A DNA stretch of 64,000 nucleotides from Chrysomallon squamiferum. Its lineage: Eukaryota; Animalia; Mollusca. Position numbers and translations under genes: made by a program. Within the stretch, counting starts at the first letter, position 1. Each line of letters opens with the position of its first letter. Where the stretch lies: NCBI GenBank assembly GCA_012295275.1, contig CM022667.1, positions 16,926,001 to 16,990,000 of the forward strand, read 5' to 3'. This document shows positions 1 to 27,881 of this stretch, in pieces. Under the pieces are notes generated by a model, which was given only the letters and a program-made list of their open reading frames with translations, did no database searches and was not told where the DNA came from.

Positions 1-2623
1 GTGTGTTTATATCTGTGTATATTGGTTTATATGCATATATGTATATTTTTATGTATGTGTGCATATGCATACATCGTGCGTGAATGCCAGTATGAAGGTA
101 TAATTTAACCCTAGAACTCGTTAATGTATGGCTGACATGCTTACAGTCCTATACCCAAACTTTATTAAAAAATAATCTGTGTAACTTGTTTACAGTTGTA
201 AAACACAGAACTCCTCACAAACATCAACAGTTTACACTCGTCAATACCGCAAAGAGGCCGTCCATCCGTTCTAGCGTTCAGTGTTGTAACATTTCATTAT
301 TTGTGACAAAAAACAACAACAAAAAAACTTCTTAAGGTCATTTAATCATTTCAGATTCACTAAAGTTAAAATATATGTTTTATTCAGCAAATCACCTAAT
401 TCTGATACCTTTCCAGTTAAATGCGTCTAGACTGGAGAAATGAGGAAGCGATCAGTTTGAAAAATTCGCTTTGTTAAAGATGTTAGATGTGTTAATATCA
501 GATGATGTAAACTTTACCTCTTCACACTCGAGTCGTTGTTTACGTTTGGCTTTGGTGATTTAATAATGAACCCATCGCTATGTTTAGAATGAATCAATGA
601 ACGAATACATTCAACGATGTCTATAACTGTTAAATTATAAATTACACATCAAATGATATTTAATATAAATAAAAAATATATATATCTTTAATAAAACTGA
701 TAATAAACTAGCGTTAATAAATTTTTAAAATGTTCTGATTTAATCAAATTAAGATTGTTAACACTAAAGATTGAAATAATTTCAATTTTTAAAAAAGAAA
801 TGATGAGGTTAAATAAATTTAATTTAACTTCTTTTCTTTTCTTTTCTGGTGTTTTTTTTTTTTTTTGTGTGTGGATGAGTGGGTGGGTTTGTAGATGGGT
901 GGGTGGGTTTGTAGATGGGTGGGTGGGTTTGTGCGCTCGACTCGTTGTTTACGTTTGCTCGGTGGATTTAATAATGAAAGCTTCGCTAACGTCAGAAAGT
1001 ATCAATGAACGTATACATTTACACCATGTATCTACTCTTTGTCAGTGTTAACTGTTAATAAGTGATACTTACCTCTACTCTGGTTGTATGTGTGTATGTT
1101 TGTGTGTATGTGTTTATATCTGTGTAGGTATGTGTATGAAGTGTTTGTGTTTATATCTGTGTAGGTATGTGTATGAAGTGTTTGTGTGTGAGTATGTGTG
1201 TTTGTCTCTGTGTGTGCATGCGATGATGATACGATCAAAGAAACATTAATCTCGATTAACATCAAGATATCCTTCATTTGCTTCTTGACACAGCAGAGTA
1301 CACACTAACGTCACTAATGAATCAGCGAGAGACGATCAAGTAGCCACAGAATCTGAAGCCAGGCTCTAATAAATGAGCTAGGGTACGCTTTCTTGAACTT
1401 CAGAATGGAAATGTTCAGTTCACTACAAAACGATTTACTATTGTGTACAGGTTGATGGGAAACATGTATATCTCCTTGACCCAGAATAATGATTTAATAT
1501 GTACACGGATTAGTGTCATGGAAATCCTAAATTACAAAAAAATACTTTGCGTGTTGATCCATAGACAAAAATAGAGGCTGAACGTAATTACTCTACTCAG
1601 TACTGTCATATTTCGTTGCACCCATGTTTTTATTTCTAGTTTTATCAGAGCCCATGTCTCAAATTTCAGAAGGGCCGTGACATTCCTCTTTTGTGCCACT
1701 TTTGTATGAAAACATTACGCATAACACGCCATAACCGTTAAGGTTAAAATATGCCATAGCCCCATGTTATACAGGCATAAATAAAAACCTGTGTTTTAGC
1801 TTCCGTGTTAAAACATACATCTTCAATGAATATACTATTTAACAGTAAGCTGGCGAAAGATGCAATTAATTTAGATACTGATCCGAAAAAAACACAGATG
1901 CTTCGAGGCACAGGTTAATAATTTATTTGTCATTATTATGATTACCATATTATTAACAGTGGGTAATCGTGCAGTTTAGACCTACATCTTGTCAGCAAAT
2001 TATTAATAAGACTAGCTGAACAGGTTTCATTCATATTGTCAGACACAATGTAGAAAACGTAACAGCAGATTGCCCCAACCGAAGATCTGTGCATCAGTTT
2101 GAAAGAATGGAAAACAAGAGGAATAATAGAAGAAAAGAAAATAGTAGGAATCCTTTTATGTTTCTGTTTCAAACTATCTCAGATCAGTTTACTGAAATTT
2201 TCTAATTATTTCCCAAAGGTTTTCACTTATTTAATTATTATGTTAATTATTTACTATGAAAAAAAACCACTCCATACAATACAAAACAATTTCTTATGCA
2301 GTATTGTATCTTTAGGCACAGGACATCACAATTTATATATATCCCTATAAGCATTTGGCTGGCTACGTTTAAAAGTGAATAAACAATGTGTGACTATAAA
2401 ATCTGTATATGAATCCGTTAGTAAGTGTATCGATACATAATTAATTAACTGTTTTCTATTTTTTATTGAAAGTGATATTCCTGGTTTTTAACGCCTTCTT
2501 TATAGGTATTTATATTAGCACATAAAAGAGTCAAATCGACTGTACATTTATTTCATTGACAATTACATTTATTAACCTGTCAGGTAATGTTTGAAGATTA
2601 AATTGACAGTATAGATATTAGAC

Positions 2624-3090
2624 ATGGAGTCATCAGGACGTCATTTTCACAAGCCACTTCAGGATTTATTAAGTATTTCTGCTGTGTCCATGTTGATATT
2701 TTGTACCGGTAAGTTAATCAGTTTTCTTAATATTTATTGGTTTGTTTGTTTGATTATTAGATAATTCATTTTTATTTTTATTTTATTTTATTTTTATTCG
2801 TCTTTTAGTTTATTTACTTATTGGTTTGTTTGTTTATTTATTTATTTATTTATTTTATTTGTTTGTTAGTTTATTTATTTATTTGTTTACTTATTCGTTA
2901 ATCTGTTCGCTCGTTCATTCGTTTAATCATTTTAATAAGAAAGAACAGAACAGAGAAAGAGAGTGAAAGAAAAATAGCTAGCTAGACAGCTACGTACACA
3001 GACAGACAGATAAATCACATTATTATTATTATTATTGTTATTATTATTATCATTATTCTTCTTCTTCTTCTTCTTCTTCTTCTTCTTCTT

Positions 3091-3149
<59 letters not shown>

Positions 3150-4164
3150 CATCATTTTATGGTTATTTATGTGATTTTCTTTAATATGTTTTCACTAATT
3201 TGCTTATATGCCCATGTCAGTAATTATTATTATTAAATTACGATTTCAGAGGGATTTGCTATCAATGTGGCGTTTCAGAAACCTGCTACAACGAGCACAG
3301 TTTATTTTTCCGATACGGAAAGCGCGGATAATTTTTTGCCCTCAGGCGCCGTCGATGCAAATAACGGAACGACATGGAATACGGATCTTTGTTCCGCAAC
3401 TAATCACAGTGACATGGACCCGTGGTGGCTTGTTGACTTACAAGGAACGTTTATCATTGAGAGTGTCATGATGACAAACAGAGGAGATTATTACTGTAAG
3501 TTTTATGGAGATTTTCTATTATTAACTCACGTGTAACTTTTATTATTATTATTTTTTTTTATTATTATTATTTTTTTTTTTATCCTTAAAATAAATAAAT
3601 AAATAATTTTTTTATTATTATTTCACAAATGTTTATTATTATTCATAATAATTTTAAAACGGAGAATCATAGTAAGACTGAGTTTTTGTTAAATTCTCCA
3701 GAGTTATCTCTCCTTAGCTAGAAATATTTATTAACATTATTATTTTTATCAATATTATTACAATTATTATTATTATCATTATTGTTGTTGTTGTTGTTGT
3801 TATTGTTGCTGCTGTTGTTGTTGCTGTTTTTGTTGTTGTTGTTGTTGTTGTTACTGAAACACATAATTCTATTTTCTGTTTTAGGGGAGAGATTACATAG
3901 CTTTGCAACTGAAATTTTTAACAAAAATCCTGTACGATGTTCTACAAACACTGAAGCTGATATCTGTTACAACCATTCTACACCAGCCCTGGGTCAGGCA
4001 GAAAGTCGAAATTTTACGTGTTACACTCCGACTGAGGGACGTTTTGTACGGATAAGAAAATGGTTCATGGTGGACGAACACGACATTTTAACCTTATGTG
4101 ATGTGCAGGTGTTTGGAAGAAAGAAAAATAGTATGTGTTCCCACTAACAGACACATTTCTTCTT

Positions 4165-4223
<59 letters not shown>

Positions 4224-4367
4224 GATTATTATTATTATTATGGTTATTATTATTATTATTACTGTTATTATTACTCACGAACGTAACTGCAAAATGTAAT
4301 ATATTATTATTTCATTTTGTCCATCAGTACACTTTTAAGAATGAGGAAAGATGTTATTTCCATTTCT

Positions 4368-4410
<43 letters not shown>

Positions 4411-4680
4411 ATTTAAAATTTATTTTCGACAATTTCAGGGTTCAGTATAGAAAGACGTTTTGAAAGAACTCGAGGAATACGAATGATTTCAGAGAACTAC
4501 GAGACATTCAGTTCAACAACTCTTACTGCATGTGGAGTGTACTGTAACCCTGTTGAATCGTGTGTTGCATTCAACTATAACCGCCAGCTTCGGAAATGTG
4601 AACTTATTGTTGACCCACGATTTGAAGACAAAACTGAGAACACCACAGACTGGAGTTACTATGGGTCTGATTTGTGTTAA
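2624..4680 (+). CDS. Probably secreted F-type lectin (fucolectin/FTP domain) + C-terminal PAN/apple domain protein, gene A, 4 exons
   Basis: Exons 2624-2708 (MESSGRHF...SMLIFCT, hydrophobic end), 3250-3495 (INVAFQKPA...AVD...C..T..DPWWLVDL...TNRGDYY), 3885-4130 (WERLHSF...C...C...GRFVRI...LTLCDVQVFG) and 4439-4680 (CGVYC...CVAFNY...CEL, PAN-type Cys spacing, ends TAA). All introns are GT-AG and phase 1, giving one open frame. Confidence 0.9.
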
Positions 4681-7600
4681 ATTTAACATCTTTATTTGTT
4701 TTGTTGTTTCCGCCATTTCGTGATGGAAATAAGCTCGGACGCATTAGATTACAAAATAAGTATAATAAAGTTAGCATATGTATGTTTCTGTCTATTTATT
4801 GTATATCTATCTACCTGTCTGTATGTCTGTCTGTCTACCTTTCTACATGTGTATATGTGTGTTCGTAATATGTCAGTTAATACTGTACACAAATAACATT
4901 CTGAACCTGTGATAAGAAAGCAAAAAAATGAAATTAGATTTCACAGTAACATTCCATAACAAAATAATTTTTGTTCTTATAACTTTTGTACTCTGTAATA
5001 AAATGTTCATAAAAAACATGCGTACATACTTACATACATACATACATACATACATAAAAACACATAGATAAATATATATAAATTTAATAATAATAAATTA
5101 AACATAAAATATTAATAATAATAAAATACACTGACCGTTACATATGGATTAAATGGATATTATGAACTTTGCTGCAAAATGCCGCATTTTAAATTATTAA
5201 TATTCGTTAGCGGTTAACAAAAAATAATGATATGATAAATGAAGAAATAGAGAAATAAATTTAATTATGAAAATGTGTTTTATTTCTCTTTCTCAACCCA
5301 TTCATTTGAATTCCTATGTTCCTCATCTTTGAAATGCCTGGTATATAAATTTGATTTCAAAAAAGAGAACCGTTTAAAAAGAAATTTCTCTGCCGTTTGA
5401 TCAGACAGTTGTTTTAACTTTGTACCTTCCTGTCGTGGATGTCAACGAGTTTTCTCTTTCATTTATAATAATAAAAGTAATAATAAGAAAAATAATAGTA
5501 CTAGTAGTAGTAATAACAATAATAGTTGAATTAAGAACATTAATAATAATAATAATAATGTGATGATGATGATGATGATGATGACTATACTTTTATCTGC
5601 TTCTTATTGTAGTTATTACTATAATAACAAGAATGATGATGATGATAATCATGTCACGTTTCAATAACCGATAACCATTATTCTTTTCAGAAGATTCTTT
5701 CAGCGCTGTATTTGTACAGAAAAGCAGTTGATGTATAATGCCTGCACTGTGCAAATATTTGACACCAGAAAAACAGCACTTCAGTTTAGTGCAAATAAAT
5801 GTACATTCGATATTTTATAATTTCTTCATTACTTTATTTTTTTTTTATTATTATTATATATTTTTCGCATTAATGTGTGTGTGTGTTTGTGTGTTTGTGT
5901 GTCTGTGTGTATGTGTGTGTTTATATATGTACACATGTGCGCAGATGTATCTAAGTGAGTATGAATTGTATATAATAAAGTGTATCTTTGATATAGGTAA
6001 CATTTATGTATATGTATCTATATGTCTATGAATCTATATAAACATATACATGTGTATGTATATGTGTGTGTGTGTGATATAAGTTTATGAAAGATGAAGT
6101 TATTAACGTGAACTATATGTATATTAAAAATAATTTTAATAATGTTTAAGAATACTGATAATAAATGCCCTCTAGATAATAACGAATACGATTATTTCAG
6201 TTCGACATTATCGACTATTTCTTTTCTGCAGACATGGACACACAAATGTTCTGATAGTTTTATTACTGATTTCAGCTCCGCGTCACCATGCTGACAGTGA
6301 TGGGGTAACTGCAGTACTTATTTCTTTTAGCTTTAATTCCATACAGTTCTGAAGCTAAAACAAGCATGAATAGACATTGGCCAATGCATGTCTACATAAA
6401 CTCAGCGAACGTGACTTTATCATTAACGTCAGTCAGGTTGACATGTGCAAATAAACAAATTAGTGAAAAGACTTTGAATAAAATGACATAAATAATCATA
6501 AAATGACAATAATTAACACAAAATACATGCAAGGTATTTAGTTTGTATTCAAGATGTAATACATTTTTAAATAAGATCCAAAAATAATCTCATTATAATC
6601 ACATAATTTCTCCAACAATCTTTTTACGTTCAAGATTCAGCGAAACGTAGAGCTTTTGAATTCAGAACAATGTGAACACAGAGTGTGCCTTCCGCTGAAC
6701 CGTAACACACCAGAATGAAAGACGGAAGAACTTGCGTCACTTCAGTTTCTAATTACAGCTAAATAATAGTTTCCAGTGTTTCTCTCATTAGAAACTAAGA
6801 CTGTTAGAGGACACTGTAGAATATTTGCTATAAGCTGACACAAAACGAAAACAAATCAAAGGTTAACTCCTAAAAAAATGTAATTATAATTTGCTTCCAG
6901 TTTTAGTATATGCACTGTGTGAACAGGGCTTAATACTGGTTATAATTCAAATGTAAATATACTAGCATGTATGTATTAGTTAATGCATGTAAGAATGAAT
7001 ATACTCTGCCTTATGTACGTCTGATTAGACTTTGCACGTAGATCATATTCGGGAATACAGGAGAACAGCTACGACCTCACAAAGAAACGTCAGATGTCGC
7101 TGACTAGACTGGATGATGTAGCACCCACTCGTCCAGCTCCTGTAGCAGACGACAAAACTAGTCTGTCCTCAAGCTAACTGTATATATGTACTTATGAATA
7201 AACGTATGTATGTATGTGTGTATGTATGTATGTATGTATGTATGTATGTATGTGTGTATGTATGTTTGTATGTATGTATGTGTATATGTATATATGTATG
7301 TATGTATGTGTGTATGTATGTATGTATATATGTATGTATGTATGTGTGTGTGGGTGTGTGTATGAACTATATTTCAAGATAAAGTTATTTAGTGTTTAAT
7401 CTGGCTAGCTGCATAAGTTAATCTAATTCTTAATGCATAAGTTAATCTAATTCTTTTTGTTAGTAGCGTTCGCTATCGCTATTAATAAATGAGCATCGTT
7501 AAACAATAAACAATAAAAATAATAATAAAAGCAAGAACAACAATAACAAGAACAAGAACAAGAAAAAGAAAAAGAAGAGAAAAAGAAGAAGAAAAAACAG

Positions 7601-7799
7601 CAACAAAAATAATAATAATGATAGTAATAACAATAATAACAATACTAATGTCTATTATGAAAAAAAAAGGAAAAAGAAATAAATCAGTAATAATAATTAT
7701 AATAATGATGATGATGACAATAAAGTAATGATTATTATGATGATTGTTTTGAAAACAACTGAAAAAAGAAGGAAAAAGGAAAAAGAAATAAATCAATCA

Positions 7800-7844
<45 letters not shown>

Positions 7845-8628
7845 CAAAAACGAACTAATGGTAATGAATTATCTCCCTTTATCTTTTTTCTTTCGTGTAT
7901 TGACATTTTACTGCGCAGTCGATACATTATTCTGGGTTTTGTGTTTTGTTTTCCTATTTTATTTGCTTATTTAATTACTTGTGTGTTTATTTTTACAAAA
8001 CCCAATATATTTTGTTAAATCATTTTCTAATTACATTTACGTGCATGCATACATACATCACTGTATGTGTACATACCCGCAGATTCATAAATACTCACAT
8101 AAAACACACAAACACATATACACACACTATATATTATTCTTTATTATCATTTCTTTAAATATACTGAATATTACGTGTATATATTTTGTCTTTCTTGTAC
8201 TTTCTTGTAAGATAAAAAATGTTAAAAATAAAAAAAATAATAATAAAAAAAAAATTAAAAAAATAAAATAAACCTTTCTAATGAAAACATTTCTGGTTAA
8301 TGTAACTAAAATTTAACTTAATTTAGTTGATGAGTACCATCTGAAGTTTATGATTGTCTTCGAATATGTTGATTTTAATTAAACAATTATTAAAAAATCA
8401 AATAAATACTCACATATACACATACACACACACACGCACAAAAACACACATGAATAATTTACGGAAATTATTAGGTGGAATTATGTTACATATTTCTAAG
8501 TCCTAAGTTGATCACTCACACACACACAATTATTGTAATTTACTGAAACAACAGAATGAACTCAACGCTTGTGTTAACCCCTGTAATCGGCTTCCAGTCA
8601 GTTTGTGTTTACTGTAAATGATTCGATT

Positions 8629-11593
<2,965 letters not shown>

Positions 11594-12478
11594 GACTGAC
11601 GTCTGCAGTGTGAAAACTGTCCTTCCAAATCATATTCCTTGTTAATGATCAATAAGTCATCATTAAACACAATATCGATCCAGCTTTTCTTTTTTCTTGC
11701 TTCATATTGGCTCGTATATTTACCATTAAACAAAGCAGTCGAAGGAAAAATAAGAAAAAGAAGTAAATGAAATGTATAAATAAGTTTAGTTTATTTGAAA
11801 ATTCCAATGAAATGTTTAATAATTCAGTAACAAACATGAAAATGTCAACTTTAAATATGGTAAAGATCAGGAAATAAAATCTTGTTTATTTACACTTTTG
11901 TGTAACCAGGGAAACATCCACTAGGAAACAGGATGATTTTTACACGAATTGTATCGCAGGGCATGTAGTTTAAAAAAAGAAGTTTACCGGGATGGATAAA
12001 AGAAATGATGATGACGATGATGATGATGATGATGATTATGATAATATCAGTTTTAGGTTATAAAGGGTAATTAATGCAAAGGGTTTAACAGTGCACGTAG
12101 AGAACATTATTTTATTGTTTTATGAATGATATAGCAAATTATAATTTTGACGGAATGTATTAAACTGCACATTTAATTGACTAAGACTTTAAGCTATAGG
12201 CAAGTTCTTTTAAAATAAATAAATAAAATAAAATAAAATAAAATAAAATAAAATGAAAAATCTATTACTGCAAAAAATGTACAGCTACTGAGTACTTGAT
12301 GAACAGTGCTTGGTATTGCTACTTCTAAATGCTGCTGTTGTTACTGAAACTAGTACTACTATCACTACTACTGCTACTAATAATGACAACAAGAACAGCA
12401 ACAACAACACCAACGATACAAGAAATTGGTTTATATAATTAAATTTAGCATATTCTTTTGGTTAGGGTTTGAATATTC

Positions 12479-12540
<62 letters not shown>

Positions 12541-14639
12541 CTATTATATATATATTAGATTTTTAACTATTATTTATGTTTTATCTGTAGGAATGATGAT
12601 TTGACGATGCAAATGCTGATGGCAGTCATTACGATGATAATGATGATTATGATGATAATGATAATTATGATGATAATGGTGATACTGATGATAATATCTA
12701 GGCAATATTTTAGAATATTAAATATAAAATACTAGAAACAGAAGCAAGAACGTTAAAAGATCTGACCTCAGATGAAACTTTTGTTTTAGAAAATCCAATG
12801 TATTATCTATAATCTACTTATTTTATTCATATATATACTTTATGCACTCTTTTCCATATAGTTTTTTATCGCAATATTTATTATTATTATTGTTGTTGTT
12901 GTTGTTGTTGTCATATTGCTGTTAATTTTGATATTGTTATGTAATAGTATTAGTTTATTATTATATCGTTTATATGATAAAATTACTCAAAAAAAAAAAA
13001 AAGAAGATAAATAAATAAATAAACTGATAAAATTATTGTGTAGAAGTATTTTAGATGTTTTAACATTCTCTAGTTAGGAGTACATGTTTGAATTTTGACA
13101 GGATGACAAATTATCACCAGGACAACAAGGTCTTTAATTCACTGCATCCTCCTCATCTTTGCAGTCAGTATTTTCACGTCAGTTCCAGTCTACAGGGAAC
13201 AGCGAGATTCATTTTCAAAAAAACGAAAAAACAGAAAACATTGAAAACAATAAATCAAATTTAAAATTTTATTTCGTACGAAAAGTCATAGACATCAAAA
13301 ATAAATGTTAAATTATTCAAGGTAACATCATTACCTCATCTGTCATATATCACAATATTTACAGTACTTACTTACAATACATCTGCATAATATAATATAA
13401 AATTAGATATAATTATGACATGATATAGTTTCTGCAGATACTGTATATTAGAAATTATATGTAGTGATAATATTTGTGGTTTGTTATTGTTGACAGCTGG
13501 TATCATCTGACGTTTTGTCCGTATCACGTTCTGTGGTGTGTTACAAAATTATAATGTGCGTACATATAAGACGTTAAAGTAACATACGAATAGAGAACAA
13601 TACAAACCAGGTGTGGATATATTCTGAAATAACGAAGCTTCAGGTTCTAGTGCCCATAATCCCAGAGCTGCCCCAGAAGCGACTTTAGTTCAAACGTCTA
13701 CAACATTTTAATAAACAAAGAAGTGTGTGAACTTTTAAAACCTGTCACTGAAGAAGATAATGGTTCTTACCCACATCTCGCTGCTGCTTGCGAAGGAACC
13801 CCTCTATAATTGTTCAGCTTCGGAGCTCAAGAAATGTAGGTAAAAAAAAGCAAGTAAGCAAACCAAGCCAAACTGTTATAACACTCCTTTATACACACAG
13901 TTATACATAACAATAGTTATAGTTAGTAAAATTATATATTAAAAGTTAAAGGTTTCTTATGCCTATTATACATGCAGACTAATCATTACAGTAAATAGTG
14001 CTGTAAAATGTAAATTAACTGTTGGAAAATAATTCTGTAACATTAAAAGGACAGTGTAATAATGTTAACATTACTATATAATCATTTTAAAATAACGACA
14101 AAACAGTTATTTTGAAATTATACACTTTTAAACTAGCTACAAAATAATAGTTTAAACGTAACGACAACATAATTATTCCAGTCTACAGTTAGATGTTTGA
14201 AAATTTCAAAAAGTAAGTATCAGTAACTAAAAGAAAAGGAAAAGCAATGCTTTTTCTTAAAATACAAAGACTAATTTAGAAACTGACTATATGAAGGGTC
14301 TCAAGATAATACCTGGGGTATGGAACATGAAAATAAAATACATAGATCCTAAATCTTGTTTTTCTTTATCAAAATATGTTTGAAAACAGTACTGTCATGT
14401 TTGAAAGGTGTTAACTTTTCTAACTGGAACTTAAACAAACCTATGATGCTGTTTCAATAGCAATAATTAAGTTAAAAATAATTATCCAGAATAACTGATA
14501 GCTGATTATTGCCACCCCAAAGTTCCATTCTTTAAGGTTCAACGGAAATTATTTAAGATAAATCATTTTAAGATTACAACAGGTTCAAACTTGGTTGTTC
14601 TCGTCTTCTTTTCCCATCTTTTATTTTTCCATTTTGTTG

Positions 14640-25371
<10,732 letters not shown>

Positions 25372-26344
25372 TCTACAAGTGTTTTTAAAACTATACACAT
25401 GTTATCCAGACAGAATCTTTCTAAGTCTAAAATGGTTTTGTGCTGATCTTCTAAGCAGTTTCCTCTTCGCTGATGTCTGTTCCAAAAATACAGATTTTGA
25501 ATCCACGATTAATTTAAATTATCAGGTTTTAACATAATTGGATTATTCTCTTACTGAATAATAGAATTTATCGATCCGATGAATGGACATTAAACTTTGT
25601 ATCACTATGTGAACAATAGTTCTGAGAACAGAAAAGAAAGTTGAATTAATAGATACTTTCATGTTTCAAATCAATAATTTGTCTTACACTTTGTTCTGTT
25701 CACAATAGCTAGCAGAACAGCAACAACAACAAAATATTCAAAACAGAAAGAAACTTTGTTCTTTTATTTCTTAATGTTTCTAACATTTTGCATGGAACTA
25801 AGCATAATTAAAAGAAGGTATGTTTTTTAACATTAAATTCTCAGAGGAAACAATTAAACGCTGAATATTCGTAATACTCGGTTAAGATCATTATAATATA
25901 AAAATTGCATCAAAGCTCTGTTAATGAGACGTCTGTGTTTTTTCTAGAATTCAAAGATGTCAGCTAACCTATATTATACATGCTTCTCGAACTGGTGTGT
26001 ATGGGCAAAATATTCTTTCTTACATCAGCAATGATTTAAAACACACATTCATACTGCAGCAATGACACGTCTAAATATAAATAATACAAAAAATGATGAG
26101 TGAAACAAATTAAACGACTACAATCGTATACAGTTAATGAATAACTATTATTATGTATGATGCAGACTGTTGTATGTGTTTTCCCTGAATGTGTTTATAA
26201 CATCCATTGCTTCCAGTGAATAGAAATGGTTTATTCTCATTATAATAATAAGAACAAACAACAACACTAACGACAACAAAAGGAAGCAGAAGAAGAAAAA
26301 AGAAGAAAACTAGGAAGAAGAAGAACAACAACAAACACAACAAT

Positions 26345-26377
<33 letters not shown>

Positions 26378-27373
26378 AATAATAATAATAATAATAATAA
26401 AATATAGCTGTGTGTGATTCAGGTCTGAGTGTCCGCAGATATCAGTTTCATAATGACACCCACACCTTTTTATTCAAGCGTTTTAAAAGTGAAGGGTTCA
26501 GCATATCTGAGAAATTTCTAACTCTTTGGCTATATTAAAACAGCACCGATATTAATTTTTATATATTTACCATTGTTTATATATTAATAAAATTTGGACC
26601 GCTATAATACATGGAGATTAGCATTCTGCGGGTGTATATATTAATTCATATGTCATGTTTGCCTTTGACGATTATCCCCACCAGAAACAAAGTCTGTTTT
26701 GCATTTTCACTCTTTTCTTCTTTTTTTCGAGAACTATTGAAAACAGATTAAGACTCTTCAAAGAGAATGGAAATAAATCTGCTCTTTATTTTCTAAGCTA
26801 CATGATCGTGGATTGAAGTCCGTTTTTGTTATCAATCTTTTTTATTTTATAATTTCATTTTTTTCTTTATTTTTCAAAAAGAATTTCACGTTTCATTAGT
26901 CCAATGGATTTTGCTTAACAATAATGTTTGTTGTGAGATTTTTAAAAATAACAATTAAAAATGATTTTCTGTTTTTATTGTTTCACTTTGATTTTATTTG
27001 GAATAAATATATAGATGAAGAAGAATAAAATATAGGTTACTGACGTAGATTTTATAATCGGTTTAAGTTTCTTTGTCTTTTAAATTTTAACATTGTCACA
27101 CACAAGGAATTAAGGTTTACTATCTACACTGCTTTTACACTAAATTGAATCGATTATATTTTTCAGTTTTATTTCTTTTATTCATATTATATTGTACAGT
27201 AGCTATATCTGATGGTCAAAACGTAAAGTGTTTTGACTCTGACTGATTGATATTAATCACGGATTATATTACTATTAGAATATTGTAGGTGTGGTCACAA
27301 AGCTGAGAAAAACGTCTTTTTATAAAAAAAATAAGTCAAATGATACCAAACATTTCCAAAATAGAGTTATAGC
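25372..27373. promoter_or_regulatory. Shared divergent (head-to-head) upstream region of genes C and D
   Basis: About 2.0 kb separates the two ATGs. A short motif occurs in inverted orientation on both sides (ATCGTGGATT..AA.TC.GT.TTTTG near 25485-25510 on - and 26805-26830 on +). The regulatory role is inferred from position only. Confidence 0.45.
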
Positions 27374-27827
27374 ATGAACGTGAAATTTGTTTTATTCGTC
27401 TTTACTGTTCTTTGTACTTTTAAACTGGGTAAGTAAACTAGTAACTAGTATTACTGCTACTACTGCTACTACTACTACTACTACTACTACAGTTTCTTCT
27501 TCTTCCACTACCATTACTCCTGTTATTATAAAAATCGGCACTGTGACACGAAATTTCGAAACAAATCTGAATATAAATTATCAAGTATAAATAGCCCGGC
27601 GGTTATTGCTATACTACTAATAAAACTTCTACTATCTATACTACTACCACCAATATTATTACCAACACTAATTCTACTACTATAAATACTATTACTTCTT
27701 CTTCTTCTTCTTCTTCTTCTATTACTATTTATATAACAATAATTCCTACAACTACTACTATCACTACTATGTAAGTTACTACTATGATTACTACTTATAC
27801 TACTACTATTGCCACAATTACTACTAC

Positions 27828-27881
<54 letters not shown>

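Noticed and set aside
3479-3487. RGD integrin-binding motif in the lectins
   Set aside because: RGD is part of the standard F-lectin RxD sugar-binding motif and is not evidence of integrin binding.
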